This document shows, in pieces, positions 62,796-64,000 of a stretch of 64,000 bases of DNA (within the stretch, counting starts at the first letter, position 1; each line of letters starts with the position of its first letter). Made by a program: the position numbers and the translations under genes. Source of the stretch: Alphaproteobacteria bacterium (lineage in GTDB: Bacteria > Pseudomonadota > Alphaproteobacteria > UBA828); the NCBI GenBank assembly GCA_965214705.1, contig OZ243972.1:4000001-4064000 (forward strand), given 5' to 3'. Below the pieces are notes generated by a model. The model had not been told where the DNA came from. It saw nothing but the letters and a program-made list of their open reading frames with translations, and did not search any database.

Positions 62796-63577
62796 TATCG
62801 ATCTCCCTGGATCGCGACGGCGCGCCGCCGGACCGATCCGGCGACGGTCCGTCGCAGGGGTCGATGCTAACCACTGGTGATCGGGAGGCTGCTGGGGATC
62901 CGCCACCCGACGGGCGGAGCGCCACTGACGCAACCGGGAAGCGAACGCACAGAACAAACGGCACCCGCGACGCCTCGGAAATGAATGAACTCTACGCCGC
63001 TAACTCCGCGTAGCGGCTTCGTTCAAGCATCTCGACCCGCTTGACCACGAGGCCGCCGCCGTCCCACAGCACGACCATCTCGCCGGTGACGGGAGTGCGG
63101 CAGGAAAGGTCGACGACGATCCTGTCGCCCTCGCCGATGAGAGGCTCCATCGAGTCGCCGCGCGCGTCCAGGATGCGCAGGTTCTCGGGCGCGGTGCGTC
63201 CCTCGTGGCGAAGCATGGCCTCCGGCAGGTACCAGCGTGCCGTCTCGGCGGCATTGTCCTCGGCGAACGCGCCGGGACCGGCGGAGGCGGAGACGGCCAT
63301 CTCGGCGACGGCGGCGAGCGGCGCGCCGGGAAGATTGGGCGGGGTGAAGCGTGGGGTGCGGCGTCTTGGCGACCTGCCTGGGGGCACGAAGTCGTGACGC
63401 AACTCTTCGGGATCGCAGCCGAGCCATTCGGCGAGGGCGCGGCGGTCGCCCGCCTTGAGGACCTTGGGGACGCCGATCTCAGGGATGTCCGGCTTGGCAT
63501 GACGATCGTTTCGGGCGCTGGCGGACCGTATCCCAGACCACCGCCTGCTACGGTCGCCTCGCAAACGAACTCGTCAA

Positions 63578-64000
63578 CCCAAGTTGGCACTTTTGTCCTA
63601 CCCATGTCCTTTATCGTGTTGATGTAACGCGATATTTCTCTCGGCCGGTTCCAACATGGCACTACATTTTGTTGGATTCTGTCAGTTCGGCAGGCGGGTC
63701 CTCGTGCGGTGGATGGCGGGGTCCACGCCCGCCGCCGAGGAGATTGCGGCAACCTCAGCGGCCGGGCGCGTGTCCTGTCGATTGACGATCAAGGTGCCGT
63801 CGGTCTGGCGCAGGCGCGTGGTGATCCGCACCCAGGTCCGCATGCTCTCGCGGATCGATGCCCAGCACTTGTGGATGTCCCGCGCGGCCAGCCGGGTACG
63901 GATCAGATGCACGGCGTGGTAGGCCAGCACGGCGATCAGCAGGTGGGCCGCGATGCGCCGGTCGAGCTGGTGCCAGATCGGGCGAAGGCCGAGTTCGGAT
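63578..64000 (-). mobile_element. IS1634-family element, related to 49294-51453 (runs off the window)
   Basis: IR CCCAAGTTGGCACTTTT preceded by TCAA; transposase C-terminus ends at 63682. Confidence 0.9.

Larger units (their letters stand above)
57269..63027 (-). mobile_element. IS91-family element with tyrosine recombinase, copy B
   Basis: Near-identical to copy A; removal restores the S24 frame ATG CTT CCC CGC. Confidence 0.92.
55945..63475 (-). pseudogene. S24 peptidase-domain (LexA/CI-like) repressor split in three pieces
   Basis: GDSMEP...VVKRVEM (to 63028) + LPRSEPPALRL (57268-57235) + ISANPAYEPYTCLADEAHIVGK (56013-55945). Confidence 0.82.

Overview
GC-rich bacterial DNA. After two GST genes, almost the whole window is a decayed conjugative/integrative island (truncated MOBF relaxase, TraD-like fragment, toprim primase, ssb, DUF2493-like protein, tyrosine integrase, S24 repressor remnant). 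It carries a few detox/metabolic cargo genes and about 20 mobile-element insertions, most with boundaries readable from the sequence. Nest 1 (11.5-17.1 kb): IS3 > IS256 > IS110 > IS1634. Nest 2 (22.0-38.5 kb): an IS91-family element with a tyrosine recombinase contains an IS1111 and a group II intron; that intron contains an IS1634 and a second group II intron, which contains an ISKra4 and a cargo-carrying IS1595, which contains an IS630. A second copy of the IS91/recombinase element (57.3-63.0 kb) has an apparently identical IS1111 at the same base. Strongest leads: (i) two IS110-family elements inserted in conserved motifs of other transposases, with target/donor guide-like matches in their non-coding ends; (ii) exact ends of a 2666-bp IS91+tyrosine-recombinase element; (iii) a twintron whose inner EBS1 pairs with the outer intron's conserved domain III; (iv) a conserved microprotein whose stop codon lies in the terminal IR of two different IS1595 elements. 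No rRNA, tRNA or CRISPR array was seen. All family calls come from motifs read by eye, not from database searches.
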